Of a DNA stretch of 64,000 nt, positions 9,803 to 19,612 are shown one piece after another. The first letter of the stretch is position 1. The number at the start of each line of letters is the position of its first letter. Made by a program: the position numbers and the translations under genes. A model generated the notes under the pieces. It was given only the letters and a program-made list of their open reading frames with translations. It had not been told where the DNA came from and did not search any database. The stretch is from assembly GCA_029565915.1 (NCBI GenBank), contig JAKQNG010000046.1:73-64072 (forward strand), given 5' to 3'. Source of the stretch: Deltaproteobacteria bacterium. Lineage in GTDB: Bacteria > Myxococcota_A > Polyangia > JAAYKL01.

Positions 9803-11440
9803 TCAATCCTTTGCGCGGTGCCAGATGTGCTGCTCAATCCGCGACAGCAGCGGGTGGAGAGACTGGCGGTTGCGGGCGCTGATGAGGACGCCCCCTTCCG
9901 CCTCTACAAACGGCAGGACCTCCCCTTCTTCCACCAGATCGGCCTTGTTGAATACGAACAATCGCGGAATGTGTGACAGGGCCAGCTCCGCCAGGATTTT
10001 TTCCACTGCGACGATGTGTTCCCGATGGGCCGGATCGCCGATGTCGACCACGTGGAGCAGCAGTGTCGCGTCCTGCAGCTCTTCGAGGGTTGCCTTGAAC
10101 GCATCCACCAGATCCGGCGGCAGATCGCGGATGAACCCCACCGTGTCCGTGACGATGATCTCCCGATCCCTGGGAAACCGGAGCCGCCGGCTGGCGGTTT
10201 CCAGCGTAGCGAACAGGCGATCCTCCACCGGTACGTCGGAACGCGTGAGCGCATTGAGCAGGGTGGACTTTCCCGCATTCGTGTAGCCGACGATGGACAC
10301 GATGGGCAGCTCGCTCTTCTGTCGCCGGACCCGTCGCTGGGCGCGCCCTTTCGCCAGTTGCGCCAGCCGGGCCTGCAGGCGTCCGACGCGCTCCTTCGCC
10401 CGCCGTCGTCCGATTTCCATCTTCGTTTCGCCGGGCCCTTTGCGTCCGCCGATACCGCCGGTCAGTCGGGACAGGGAATCGTCCTTCGCGCCGAGGCGCG
10501 GAATCAGATATTTGAGCTGGGCCAGCTCCACCTTCAGGCGGCCGTCTGCAGAGGTGGCCCGCTGGGCAAAGATTTCCAGGATGAGCTGCGTCCGATCGAT
10601 GACCTTCAACTCCGTCTTGTCCGCTATGGCCCGGGCCTGGTTACCGGACAGGTTGCAGTCCATGATGAGCAGCTCCGCATCTTCCTGCATGGCGCGCACC
10701 ACCACGTCCTCCAGCTTTCCCTCTCCCAGCACGAAGCGCCGATCCGGCCTGTCGCGCACCTGAAGAATCCGGTCGGCCACGTCGAGACCCGCCGAACGGG
10801 CCAGCTCCGCCAGCTCGTCGAGGGAGCGCCGGGCTTCGGGGAGGCGCTGACGATTCGTGGCCACATGGATGAGGATCGCCCGGTTCTCCCGGGTCACCTT
10901 CCGCCCGCTGACCTGTTTTGCAAATTCCGCTTCCAGCGACTCGATGAGCAAAATGAAATCGTCGGGCAGCGCCCCCGGATTGAGCGGACCCAGCACCCGG
11001 TGCAGGGCGCCGGTTGCCGACGGCGGCAGCAGGTGGGCGAGATAGACGGACCCAGGCACGCCCTCCGGCGACACGCCCAGGGCGGCGATCATGTCGAGCC
11101 GCAACTTGGTCAGGTCCGTCATGTCTTCCCGGGACAAGGGCTCCTGGCGCAGGTGGGTGTGAATGAACCGCAGTCCCCGGAACCGCCCTTCCCCGCCCCG
11201 TACGCGGCCGAAATCCGGCAGCATGATCCGGTCGAAATCGCCCACGGCCACATCCGTCACCTGTCCGCGCCGGTCGATGAAAACGCCGATCTGCCGCCCG
11301 ATCTCCCGCGACAACATGCACAGAACCGCCGCAAACTCCGGGGTGATGATGCGGGACGGAGGCACGCGACGGGCTTCCATCCGGGAAAGGGCCGCAAGCT
11401 GATTCGCCTTCAGTCCGGTCAGGTTGCCGTGCACCGTCAC
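9803..11440 (-). CDS. hflX: GTPase HflX with an extra ~190-aa N-terminal domain
   Basis: HflX N-domain (VIDRTQLILEIFAQRA), G-domain P-loop GYTNAGKSTLLNALT, DTVGFI, NKAD. The GTG start at 11440 overlaps the nagZ stop (GTGA), which supports the long form. Confidence 0.85.
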   Translation of the reverse strand: MTVHGNLTGLKANQLAALSRMEARRVPPSRIITPEFAAVLCMLSREIGRQIGVFIDRRGQVTDVAVGDFDRIMLPDFGRVRGGEGRFRGLRFIHTHLRQEPLSREDMTDLTKLRLDMIAALGVSPEGVPGSVYLAHLLPPSATGALHRVLGPLNPGALPDDFILLIESLEAEFAKQVSGRKVTRENRAILIHVATNRQRLPEARRSLDELAELARSAGLDVADRILQVRDRPDRRFVLGEGKLEDVVVRAMQEDAELLIMDCNLSGNQARAIADKTELKVIDRTQLILEIFAQRATSADGRLKVELAQLKYLIPRLGAKDDSLSRLTGGIGGRKGPGETKMEIGRRRAKERVGRLQARLAQLAKGRAQRRVRRQKSELPIVSIVGYTNAGKSTLLNALTRSDVPVEDRLFATLETASRRLRFPRDREIIVTDTVGFIRDLPPDLVDAFKATLEELQDATLLLHVVDIGDPAHREHIVAVEKILAELALSHIPRLFVFNKADLVEEGEVLPFVEAEGGVLISARNRQSLHPLLSRIEQHIWHRAKD

Positions 11441-12531
11441 GGGGACCCTCCGGGCAGGCAGCGGGCGCGCACGGATTGTGCCAGTTGTGCGTGTTCGTCG
11501 CTGCCGACGAAGGAAAAGGGAACCGACGGACCCGGCGGGTGGGCGAGGGGCGCCAGCCGGACCGCTGCCCGCGCCAGCTTCATGGCAAAGTCGCCGTTGC
11601 GCACCGCTTCGTCAACCAGTCGAGCAATAATTTCGTCCCGCAGCGCCAGGCTCCGGCACACCAGCAGTCCGTCCGCGCCGGCCCGCAGAATATCCACGGC
11701 AAATGCCGCTGCCCCGCCCAGACCGACAATGGCGCCCATCTCCAGATCATCGGTAAAAATGACGCCGTTAAAATGCAGTTGCTCCCGCAGCAGGCCCGTC
11801 AGGATCCGCCGGCTGGCGGTGGCGGGCGTTGCCGGGTCGAGGGCCGGATACACCACGTGGGCGCTCATCACCGGCCCCAGGGCGGTCCGCGCCCAGGCGG
11901 CAAACGGCTCCAGCTCCACCTCCCGCAGGCGACCTTCATCGTGGGACACAATCGGAAGCCCCAGATGGCTGTCGACTGCTGCATCCCCGTGTCCTGGAAA
12001 ATGCTTGGCGCAGGGAAACACACCGCCCGCCCGCAATCCCCGGGCAAACGCCAGCCCGTGGCGAACGACCTGCGCCGCCGTCGGGCCGAAGGCGCGATCG
12101 CCGATGACCGGCGATGCGGGGTTCGTGTTTACATCGAGTACGGGCGCGAAATTCACCGTGAAGCCGAGGGCACGCAGCTCCAGTCCGACAAGGTGCCCGG
12201 CGCAACGGGTGAACTCCGGATCGTCCAGCGCACCCAGCGCCGCAGCCGGCGGCAGGACCGTCAGGGGTTCACGGATGCGCACCACCCGGCCTCCTTCCTG
12301 ATCGACGGCACAGAGAGGCACCGCATCCGGCGGTGACTGGCTCACCAGTTCGCGCAGCAGATCGTGGACTTGCGCCGGGGTGTCCACGTTGCGCCGGAAA
12401 ATCACCACACCGCCCAGGGCACCGGCCCGGGCCTCCCGGATCAACTCCGGCGGCGGAACCATCCCGTCGAAGCCCTGCAGAATGCAGCGGCTCGCCAACC
12501 GGCGAATATCGTCACTGCGTCCTGCGGCCAT
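11437..12531 (-). CDS. nagZ: Beta-N-acetylhexosaminidase NagZ (GH3), peptidoglycan recycling
   Basis: GH3 motifs CAKHFPGHGDAAVDSHLGLP and FNGVIFTDDLEMGAI. Its ATG overlaps the upstream gene's stop (TGATG). Confidence 0.85.
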   Translation of the reverse strand: MAAGRSDDIRRLASRCILQGFDGMVPPPELIREARAGALGGVVIFRRNVDTPAQVHDLLRELVSQSPPDAVPLCAVDQEGGRVVRIREPLTVLPPAAALGALDDPEFTRCAGHLVGLELRALGFTVNFAPVLDVNTNPASPVIGDRAFGPTAAQVVRHGLAFARGLRAGGVFPCAKHFPGHGDAAVDSHLGLPIVSHDEGRLREVELEPFAAWARTALGPVMSAHVVYPALDPATPATASRRILTGLLREQLHFNGVIFTDDLEMGAIVGLGGAAAFAVDILRAGADGLLVCRSLALRDEIIARLVDEAVRNGDFAMKLARAAVRLAPLAHPPGPSVPFSFVGSDEHAQLAQSVRARCLPGGSP

Positions 12532-13646
12532 CAGAATGTCACTGTCATTCCGGAAAGGGCCGGCAAGATGCGCACTACGCGCCCGCGGTTGTGGCGCCGC
12601 TTGTCGCCGGCAATGAGCACCGCTCCGGTGACGACCAGCGCTACAGCCGTGATACCGACGGCAATACCCGCGCCGAGGAGTGCCGTTTTCCGGCTTTCCA
12701 GCTCGTCCACATTGTCCTTCGCCGCGACCACCCGATCCTGCAGAATGGGAGAGGAGGGGTTGGATTCCAGCGACGCCTCTGCGCTATCGAGATCGTTTTC
12801 CGCTGCCGCCAGATCCTGATTCTTCACACCCGCCAGCACAAACAGCGTACCGGCTGCACAGGCAGCTGCCGTCCCGACCACCACCAGCGCGATACCGGCA
12901 TTGCGCCGGGGACGGGGGCTCTGGGTTCCGCCGTCTTCCCGCGATCCATCTGCCGACGGCGGCGCCGGTTGAACCGTCGACGGAGACTCCGGAGCGGGCT
13001 CTTCCGCCACAGGAGCGGGTGTGCCGCCAGGCAGGGCGCTTCCGGGCAGTGTGCCGCCGGGTAAGGGCGGCGGCGCCTTTTTTTCCATCTCAAAATGCTC
13101 CGTGTGCCGGGCCCCGGCCGTGAGTCGCACGCTCCGTCGCCGGGTTTCGCAATCATCGCAGGAAACTTCCACCACGTGGGTGCCCGGGCCCAGGACAAAC
13201 GGCACCGCCGCGTTCACAGGCAAAGGAGCGCCGCCGTTCAAGGAGACCCGCACGCCATCGGCATCCGCTTCCACGGTCAACCATGCGACCAGTCCTTCCA
13301 CCGAATCGCGGAAATCGGCGATGGTTGCCTTCCACTCGTCGTCCAGCTGACCGGCGAATTCCTTTTCCAGCACGTCCACGGCAAAGAGGGCATCGCCCCA
13401 CCGGTGCATCGCCCGGTGGCAGTTGGCCAGGTTGAACCAGCCGTTTTTTGTGGGATACAGCCGGACCGAGGTTTCAAACTCCACGGCCGCACCGGACCAG
13501 TCCTCGGCCTCCAGCAGGGCCAGCCCCGCATCGAAATGCCGCTTCGCGTCGTCCCTGTCGTCGGCAGCGGCCGGCGCGGACCACAGCATGGAAAAGGCGC
13601 CGAGGCATCCAATGGCGATCATCGCTGAACAGATCCGGTGGTTCAT
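12531..13646 (-). CDS. Secreted/membrane TPR-like plus PEGA-domain protein with Pro-rich linker and two C-terminal hydrophobic segments
   Basis: Internal start MNHRICSAMIAIGCLGAFS (signal peptide) at 13646 overlaps the kinase stop (ATGA). PEGA-like block GVRVSLNGGAPLP...THVVEVSCDD. Paralogue of 18458..19393. Confidence 0.6.
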   Translation of the reverse strand: MNHRICSAMIAIGCLGAFSMLWSAPAAADDRDDAKRHFDAGLALLEAEDWSGAAVEFETSVRLYPTKNGWFNLANCHRAMHRWGDALFAVDVLEKEFAGQLDDEWKATIADFRDSVEGLVAWLTVEADADGVRVSLNGGAPLPVNAAVPFVLGPGTHVVEVSCDDCETRRRSVRLTAGARHTEHFEMEKKAPPPLPGGTLPGSALPGGTPAPVAEEPAPESPSTVQPAPPSADGSREDGGTQSPRPRRNAGIALVVVGTAAACAAGTLFVLAGVKNQDLAAAENDLDSAEASLESNPSSPILQDRVVAAKDNVDELESRKTALLGAGIAVGITAVALVVTGAVLIAGDKRRHNRGRVVRILPALSGMTVTF

Positions 13647-15253
13647 TCGAATGTCTTTCCGAACTTCGTTCCCCGTCCGCCATCCTTGAATTTCTCCGCA
13701 GATGCCTTTTGGCGCGTGGATTCGCCGGCAGCGGGTGCGGTCGCGTTCTCCTTTGCCGCCGTTGCAGTGGAACCTTTTTTCGAGGTTCGGGCGGGCAGCG
13801 GTGACAGGGTGGCTTCGATGGTCCGATCGCCGGCGGGAATCACCGAGGCGGCAAACGGCGCAAACCCCGGTGCGGTCACCTGCAGCGTGGAGACGGTGTT
13901 CCGGGTGTCCACGCGGAAGGGATTTTCGGGAACCGGCGCGCCGTTCCACAGGATGACCGCCCCATCCGGAATGCCCGTCACGCGGATCTGCACACCGGGA
14001 TCCGGTTCCGCCGCCGGTGCCACAGACGGGGTGCTCACCGGGACCGTCGGAACGATATCCGCGGCGGGCGTCGGCGGCACAGGATTTTCCGCAGGCTCCC
14101 GGCGCATCCACAGCACCACTGCTGCGGTCACCGCGGCAGCAATCGCCATGGAAATGATGACCGGCGCGCGGCGGCGTTTCTTCTCGTGCCGTGTCATGGC
14201 CCAGGCGCCCGGGGTTTCCGTCACCGGACCGGCCGCACCCGGTGTCATCGCCGCACCGGCGCCCGACAGCTCGGACAGCACCTTCGACGCCACCCGGGAA
14301 TCGCCCGGCTCCTTCAGGGCGACACCCAGATCGCCCCCGGCGAATGTGGTGGCAGACACGCCGCGGAACAACCGTTCCATGGCCCCCTGCCGGTTGCTCC
14401 AGCCGGAGGTCCGCGACAGGCGCTCCAGCAGGGCGGGCGCCGACGGAATGCGTTCGCCGGGCTCCCGCGCCAGGGCGTCCATCACAATGGACTCCGCCTC
14501 CCCGGGAAAATCGTTGAAGGACTCCCGCGGCGGCACGGGGGCCTCCGTCAGGATGCGGACGAGGAGCTGGTTGTAGTTCTCGCCCCGGAATGGCAGGCGC
14601 CCGGTCAGCATTTCATAGAGAATCACGCCCATGGAATAGATGTCCGAGCGGGCATCCACGCCCCGATCGCCCCTCGCCTGTTCCGGCGACATGTACGCCG
14701 GGGTTCCCAGCAGGGAACCGGTCCGGGTCAACTGTGACTGATCGGCGGCGGCGGTGAATTTGGAGATACCGAAATCGATGAGCTTGACCAGGGGCGGGCC
14801 GTCCCCTTTTTGTGCAATGAAAATGTTGTCGGGTTTCAGGTCCCGGTGGACGATGCCCTTTTCGTGGGCCGCGTGCAGGGCGGACAGGGCCGGCTCTAGA
14901 ATGCCGCAGGCCAGGGCCAGATCGATGGGCGCCCGTCGCTGCAGCAGGCTGGCGAGGCTCTCCCCTTCCAGGTATTCCATCACGAGATAGGGTTCCTGCC
15001 CGGGGGACACGCCCACATCCATCACTTCAATAATGTTGGGATGGCCGATGGACGCGGCGGCCTGCGCCTCCCGGTAGAAGCGCTTCACGATTTCCTCGTC
15101 GCCCGCGTACTCCACGTGCAGGAACTTCACCGCCACCGGACGGCCGAGCACACTGTGGCGCGCGCGGTAAACGGCGCCCATGCCGCCCTTGCCCAGCAAC
15201 CGCTCAATGCGGTAACGTCCGTCGATGACCTGATTGGCGTAGTCCGTGTCCAT
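13643..15253 (-). CDS. Hanks-type Ser/Thr protein kinase with TM segment and C-terminal PEGA domain
   Basis: GKGGMGAVYRA, VAVK, HRDLKPDNIF, DFGISK, SPEQ motifs. TM helix VIISMAIAAAVTAAVVLWM. PEGA-like IRVTGIPDGAVILWNG...TLQVTAPGFAPF. Start chosen at MDTDYANQ (15253); the longer track start at 15397 is possible. Confidence 0.85.
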   Translation of the reverse strand: MDTDYANQVIDGRYRIERLLGKGGMGAVYRARHSVLGRPVAVKFLHVEYAGDEEIVKRFYREAQAAASIGHPNIIEVMDVGVSPGQEPYLVMEYLEGESLASLLQRRAPIDLALACGILEPALSALHAAHEKGIVHRDLKPDNIFIAQKGDGPPLVKLIDFGISKFTAAADQSQLTRTGSLLGTPAYMSPEQARGDRGVDARSDIYSMGVILYEMLTGRLPFRGENYNQLLVRILTEAPVPPRESFNDFPGEAESIVMDALAREPGERIPSAPALLERLSRTSGWSNRQGAMERLFRGVSATTFAGGDLGVALKEPGDSRVASKVLSELSGAGAAMTPGAAGPVTETPGAWAMTRHEKKRRRAPVIISMAIAAAVTAAVVLWMRREPAENPVPPTPAADIVPTVPVSTPSVAPAAEPDPGVQIRVTGIPDGAVILWNGAPVPENPFRVDTRNTVSTLQVTAPGFAPFAASVIPAGDRTIEATLSPLPARTSKKGSTATAAKENATAPAAGESTRQKASAEKFKDGGRGTKFGKTFE

Positions 15254-15473
15254 TCGTGGGCCGAGTGTAGGAAGTTCCTTCAGCCTTGTAAAGGGCGCTG
15301 ATGGAGACGTACGGGAAGCGGATGACGGCGGACAGGATCTGCCGTCCGACCGCCTGAAGGCGATGAATTGAGGATGGACTGCGCCTGGCTGGGACACGAC
15401 AAACTAATCATCTCCATCACGAAGTGTAGCGGCACGGCGGTGGCACTCGGACGGATCCCGTGAAAACGCTGGA

Positions 15474-16730
15474 TCACGGCGCCGGGCAGCTCCAATCCTG
15501 CGCCAGAAGAGAGACCGCGTCCCGCGCCGGTCGCGGGTTCAGATCCTCGTCGTAGAGTCCCCATCCGTTGTCGGCAACTTCGCAACCGCCCGCCCGGTCG
15601 ACCAGATTATAAATGAACACCTTTTGCACCCATGACCGTGTCTTTACCAGATTCATGGCCGTCGTCAGATACGCGATACGGGAATTTTCCACATCGCCCT
15701 GACCGGCACAATCCTGACAGACAGAGATACCGATTTCGCTGAACCACATGGGCCGGTCGATGCCGCGCTCCAGCAGCCAGTCCCGCTCACGGTCCACCTC
15801 GTCGAGCAGTGCCGTCGGATTGCAGGCCCACCAGCCCTGATACGGGTGATAATCATAAATATCAATCCACTCGAAAGCACCCAGTTCGAAAAGGGCCTGA
15901 TGGCTTTCGCCGGCGTGGGCTTCGAAATCCATGGTCGACAGCGTGGGGCCGAGCACCACGCAGCCGGCCACCCCCGTATCGCGACAGGCGTCGTGAACGG
16001 CGAGATAAAGCGGTTGCATGTAGCCGTCGACATAATCGGCATAGAAGGACCGTTCCCGCCCCGCCAGATCCCAGGTCTGATCAATTTCGTTGTAGCCCGA
16101 AAAAGCTCTGACCTTGAAATCGGAAAACCGGGTCTGAAGGTTGGTCACCAGTGCGTAGACGAAATGGTAGACATGGCTCGTGCGCGGGTCGGACGCCGGC
16201 GCCGGGACCTCCCACCAGCTGCAGTCCGTGCAGTGCACAGTGTCATCCGTGAAGCAGCGACCACAGGACCATGGGGCGGATACGACAATCTGATTGAGAA
16301 TCTGCAGCCCACGCGCGCGATGTTCCGTCACTTTGATGACTTCGCGACTGAAGTCGAACTGCCCGCGGTTCCATTCGATATCGGTCCACATGGAGCCGGT
16401 GCGGTGCCAGACGAAGTGATCGGCCTGGACCCGGTCGAGCTGTGCTGTGGAATCAGCTGCATTCATTCCGAACGGCGACGTACAGATTTCCGGAATGCCC
16501 GTGTCGGTGTCGCTGTCGAAGACGGTGTCCGTGTCGTTGTCCCCATCCGTATCGCTGTCCCCATCGGCGTCATTGTCTGTGTCGGTATCCGCGTCTGTGT
16601 CGGTGTCCGCGTCTATGCCGGTATCCGTGTCGCTGTCCGCGTCCGTGTCGCCACCATTGTTGTTGCCCGCCTTGCCGCAGGCGGACAATATCAGAATGAC
16701 AGACAGAACCAGAAACAACCGGATAGTCAT
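15474..16730 (-). CDS. Lipoprotein glycoside hydrolase, clan GH-A TIM-barrel (GH5/GH39-like) with poly(Asp-Thr/Ser) linker
   Basis: Signal peptide plus lipobox LILSACG, acidic DTDADSDTDTG... linker. Catalytic-acid-like GYNEID and nucleophile-like WFSEIGIS motifs are typical of clan GH-A. Confidence 0.6.
   Translation of the reverse strand: MTIRLFLVLSVILILSACGKAGNNNGGDTDADSDTDTGIDADTDTDADTDTDNDADGDSDTDGDNDTDTVFDSDTDTGIPEICTSPFGMNAADSTAQLDRVQADHFVWHRTGSMWTDIEWNRGQFDFSREVIKVTEHRARGLQILNQIVVSAPWSCGRCFTDDTVHCTDCSWWEVPAPASDPRTSHVYHFVYALVTNLQTRFSDFKVRAFSGYNEIDQTWDLAGRERSFYADYVDGYMQPLYLAVHDACRDTGVAGCVVLGPTLSTMDFEAHAGESHQALFELGAFEWIDIYDYHPYQGWWACNPTALLDEVDRERDWLLERGIDRPMWFSEIGISVCQDCAGQGDVENSRIAYLTTAMNLVKTRSWVQKVFIYNLVDRAGGCEVADNGWGLYDEDLNPRPARDAVSLLAQDWSCPAP
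16490..16685 (-). repeat. Coding GTGTCG/GTATCC-type microsatellite encoding the acidic D-T/D-S linker of the GH lipoprotein
   Basis: Tandem hexanucleotide periodicity is visible at 16495..16680. Confidence 0.8.
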
Positions 16731-16855
16731 GACAACGCTCCTTTTCCCGACTGAACGGAATAAAAATCACCGCCATTCCCACCCCGGGCACCCCATCCGT
16801 GAAAGCGGAAATCATTGGGCAAAAACGGGAGAGGCGACTGGCGGGAAATGCGCTG

Positions 16856-18448
16856 TTACAGAACAGAGATGCGCAGGTTATCGGCACACATGCGCGTTTC
16901 CTGCATCACCACCAATCCGGCGCCGCCGCTGGAGAAACCGGTATCGTTGCATTCGAATACCGGGGTATCCATATCGTCCAGATAGCCCTTCAATGTGGTT
17001 CCCTCCACCGATAGTTTCAATCGGTAGTCGGCCGTGGTCGCCCCCGTGGCAATCGGCGACTCACAACCGGAAATAACCGTGCTGCCACTGCGCAGCCGAA
17101 GCATGTCATCACAATCAACGGTCAGCCGGTATCCGGAAGCATTGGGACCATCTCCGGAACGCGCGGCAACGCCGGCACCATAGCTCTGCGTCGCGAGAGG
17201 ACAATATGTGACATCGACTACGGCCTCAACGGTCATGTCGTTTTCGTTACCACTGACATACGCTTTGCTCAGGCTGGCGAACGTACTGGTACCGGTGGTG
17301 CAGATTTCCCCATCCCCTTCATACCAGTCTGAAGTGATACCGGAGTACGTGTTGTCGGAAAAATCCTCACAGAACGTGATCCGGCATGCCGCATCCGTCG
17401 GTGTCGCAAAAGCCTCTTCTGAAGCGGCAGACGCGCAGCCGTCTTCATCGACCGCCTGAACGGTGTAATAATATGTGGTATCGTTGATCAGCTGGTCGTG
17501 AACAGCAGAAGTTTCGAGTGTAGCCCCCATTGCTTCGTACGGTCCTCCTGCGGTTTCTGAGGCCTGAAGGTAGTAGGTGATTGCGCCATTCCCGCCCGAC
17601 GACGCGGGCCAGTTGAGCGCGTTCAACATGGAATCGGGTGTAACGGTCAGTTGCGGAGTTTCAGGGAACGTGATGCAACCATCCGGCGTGGTCGAAACCA
17701 ATGAGGAAACTCCGTCCTCGCACGTTGCATTGTTGGAAGACACCCGCGCATACACGGATTCTCCGGATGGAATGCCCGCAATATTGTACTGTAAAAAAGC
17801 GGTCGTTCCGCTGTTGATCAGACTTCCACTGTCGCTGCCCGAGTAGACTGTGTACAGCGACGCACCGGTGCTCTCCCATGACAGCGTCACCGTGTTACCA
17901 AAAAACGAAATTTCCACATCGGGCGGTGCGCAGGGAACCACCACGGCGATGTCTGATGCATTCTCGCATTGTGCGACATCCGCATCCGCAACAATCTGGT
18001 ACGAATAGGCCGTGCCGTTTTCGATGGACAGATATTCATCAAAGGTCGTGCCCGCAGTTGCGCCGATGGAAACGAGCGCCTCCCCCGGACTGTCCGCGCG
18101 CAGAATGTGATAGGTGGAAGCCCCCGGAAAAACACTCCATTCCAGATGCGTCGTCCCGTTCCCTGCCTCGGCCGTCAGTTCGATGGCATAGTCACATCCC
18201 GTCTCTGAATCTGATCCGGTTTCGCTGTCGGATTCGGAATCGCCGGTGGTCTCTGTATCGACCTGCGTATCGGACGGCGTGTCGCTGTCCGCGTCACTGT
18301 CTGCGTCCGATGAGTCATCTGAGTCGCCGGTCCCACTGTCTGAGCCGGTATCCTCTACGACATGTTTGTCCTCGATGAACAGCGTACAACCGCCGAGGCA
18401 CAGGAAGAGAACCCAGACATACAAAGAGACGCTGATTTTCAATTTCAT
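16856..18448 (-). CDS. Lipoprotein with acidic Ser/Asp linker, tandem fibronectin-III-like domains and a C-terminal beta-sandwich (lectin/LamG-like) domain
   Basis: Signal plus lipobox FLCLGGC, SD/TD-rich stretch, repeated ~90-aa beta-rich modules (…YSYQIVA…, …YYTVQAVDEDGCAS…). Confidence 0.55.
   Translation of the reverse strand: MKLKISVSLYVWVLFLCLGGCTLFIEDKHVVEDTGSDSGTGDSDDSSDADSDADSDTPSDTQVDTETTGDSESDSETGSDSETGCDYAIELTAEAGNGTTHLEWSVFPGASTYHILRADSPGEALVSIGATAGTTFDEYLSIENGTAYSYQIVADADVAQCENASDIAVVVPCAPPDVEISFFGNTVTLSWESTGASLYTVYSGSDSGSLINSGTTAFLQYNIAGIPSGESVYARVSSNNATCEDGVSSLVSTTPDGCITFPETPQLTVTPDSMLNALNWPASSGGNGAITYYLQASETAGGPYEAMGATLETSAVHDQLINDTTYYYTVQAVDEDGCASAASEEAFATPTDAACRITFCEDFSDNTYSGITSDWYEGDGEICTTGTSTFASLSKAYVSGNENDMTVEAVVDVTYCPLATQSYGAGVAARSGDGPNASGYRLTVDCDDMLRLRSGSTVISGCESPIATGATTADYRLKLSVEGTTLKGYLDDMDTPVFECNDTGFSSGGAGLVVMQETRMCADNLRISVL
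18170..18340 (-). repeat. Coding low-complexity repeat (Ser/Asp/Thr-Gly linker) of the FN3 lipoprotein
   Basis: gtcggattcggaatcgcc / gtctgcgtccgatgagtcatctgagtcgcc type periodic DNA. Confidence 0.6.
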
Positions 18449-18457
18449 TGATCACTC

Positions 18458-19393
18458 CTAAAAATTCACCCCTGCGACGACACCGACAGATTCGGCGCCG
18501 ATCACGGGCGTTATCGCAAGTCGTTCTGATTTCTTTTTTCCGACAATCAACAGCACTACACCCGTCGCCGCCGCCGCCGCACCAACGGCGAACATGACCG
18601 TAGAAGTCACGGCCAGATGTCGCTGCTTGTCGAGGTCGTCCCGCAGTTCCGGGCCGCACGCACCATCCGGGCATTGAGGGTTCAAATCTTTTTCGAGACG
18701 GAGCACCAGACCTCCCGTCACCGCGCCGACACCGAGACAGAGTACACCGGTGCCGGAGAGTACCCACCCGGCAATCATCATCCGACGCGGCCTGGAAGTG
18801 ACATCTCCGGGCTGCTGCCGGATCGCCTCCGTTCCGTCCGCTGCCGGCATCATCTTCACAACGACGGTCATTCCACTGGTGATCTTTACCTGCTCCGGTG
18901 GAATGGTTTCCCCATTGGCGACAACCTCCACCGTGTGAAGCTTCCCCGCGACGACCGGAATCCCACCGTGTACAGGCGCTGTTCCCCGATGTTCGCCATC
19001 AATCAGAATCTGCGAGCCGCGCAGTGTCTCAACATCAATGAACCCCACCATGCTTTTCAGCTGTTCAATCTCGCCGCGGACCTCGTCGATTCTCTCTTCG
19101 GCAAGCTCATCACCAGCATCGGCCAGATACTGCTCAAAGACTTCCAGTGCCTGCCCGTATCGTTTGGCCGCCGCCTCACTCTGGGCAATATTATACAGCA
19201 GCTTGAAGTTCGGCCGGATCGCGTAGGCCTCCTTGAATTTCAACGATGCTTCCTCATATTTTTCTTCGTTGAAAAGTGACCGTCCTTCGATAAACAGCGA
19301 CTTGGCCCTGTCCTCATGCGTTTCTTCGGCGAAGACAAAAGAGCCTGCCGAAAGCAGCGAAATCATCATGACTGTCAATTGAATTACTTTCAT
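18458..19393 (-). CDS. Secreted/membrane TPR-like plus PEGA-domain protein (paralogue of 12531..13646)
   Basis: Signal peptide MKVIQLTVMMISLLSAGSFVFA, TPR-like helices, PEGA-like block GSQILIDGEHRGTAPV...HTVEVVANG, two C-terminal hydrophobic segments, ends ...GVNF (cf. ...MTVTF in the paralogue). Confidence 0.6.
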   Translation of the reverse strand: MKVIQLTVMMISLLSAGSFVFAEETHEDRAKSLFIEGRSLFNEEKYEEASLKFKEAYAIRPNFKLLYNIAQSEAAAKRYGQALEVFEQYLADAGDELAEERIDEVRGEIEQLKSMVGFIDVETLRGSQILIDGEHRGTAPVHGGIPVVAGKLHTVEVVANGETIPPEQVKITSGMTVVVKMMPAADGTEAIRQQPGDVTSRPRRMMIAGWVLSGTGVLCLGVGAVTGGLVLRLEKDLNPQCPDGACGPELRDDLDKQRHLAVTSTVMFAVGAAAAATGVVLLIVGKKKSERLAITPVIGAESVGVVAGVNF

Positions 19394-19612
19394 CGTCGAA
19401 GCTCTCCTGATCTCACGCGGTTTCTGATTGCCTGATTATGCTGTATTCGCGTGCTTTTTGTAAGGGACATCGAAATTTCACAGCCCCACCCCCGGCACCC
19501 CACCTTCCGCCCTGTCAATGCCGGCCGACAATTCGCCTTGGGGGGATACCGGCAACTGTGCTATTGTGCCCGCAATTTTCGAAATGGTTGTTCCCCGCAG
19601 GGGAGGTATTCA

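Noticed and set aside
10016-12301. 761-aa + ORF antisense to hflX/nagZ, and similar long antisense ORFs (20348..22078, 25053..26243, 33218..34567, 36840..38036, 47049..48506, 51902..53230, 53697..55376, 55259..56509, 58808..60046, 60388..61668)
   Set aside because: In each case the opposite strand encodes a protein with clear family motifs (P-loops, TPP motifs, signal peptides). The antisense products are Arg/Pro/Gly-rich with no recognisable motifs.
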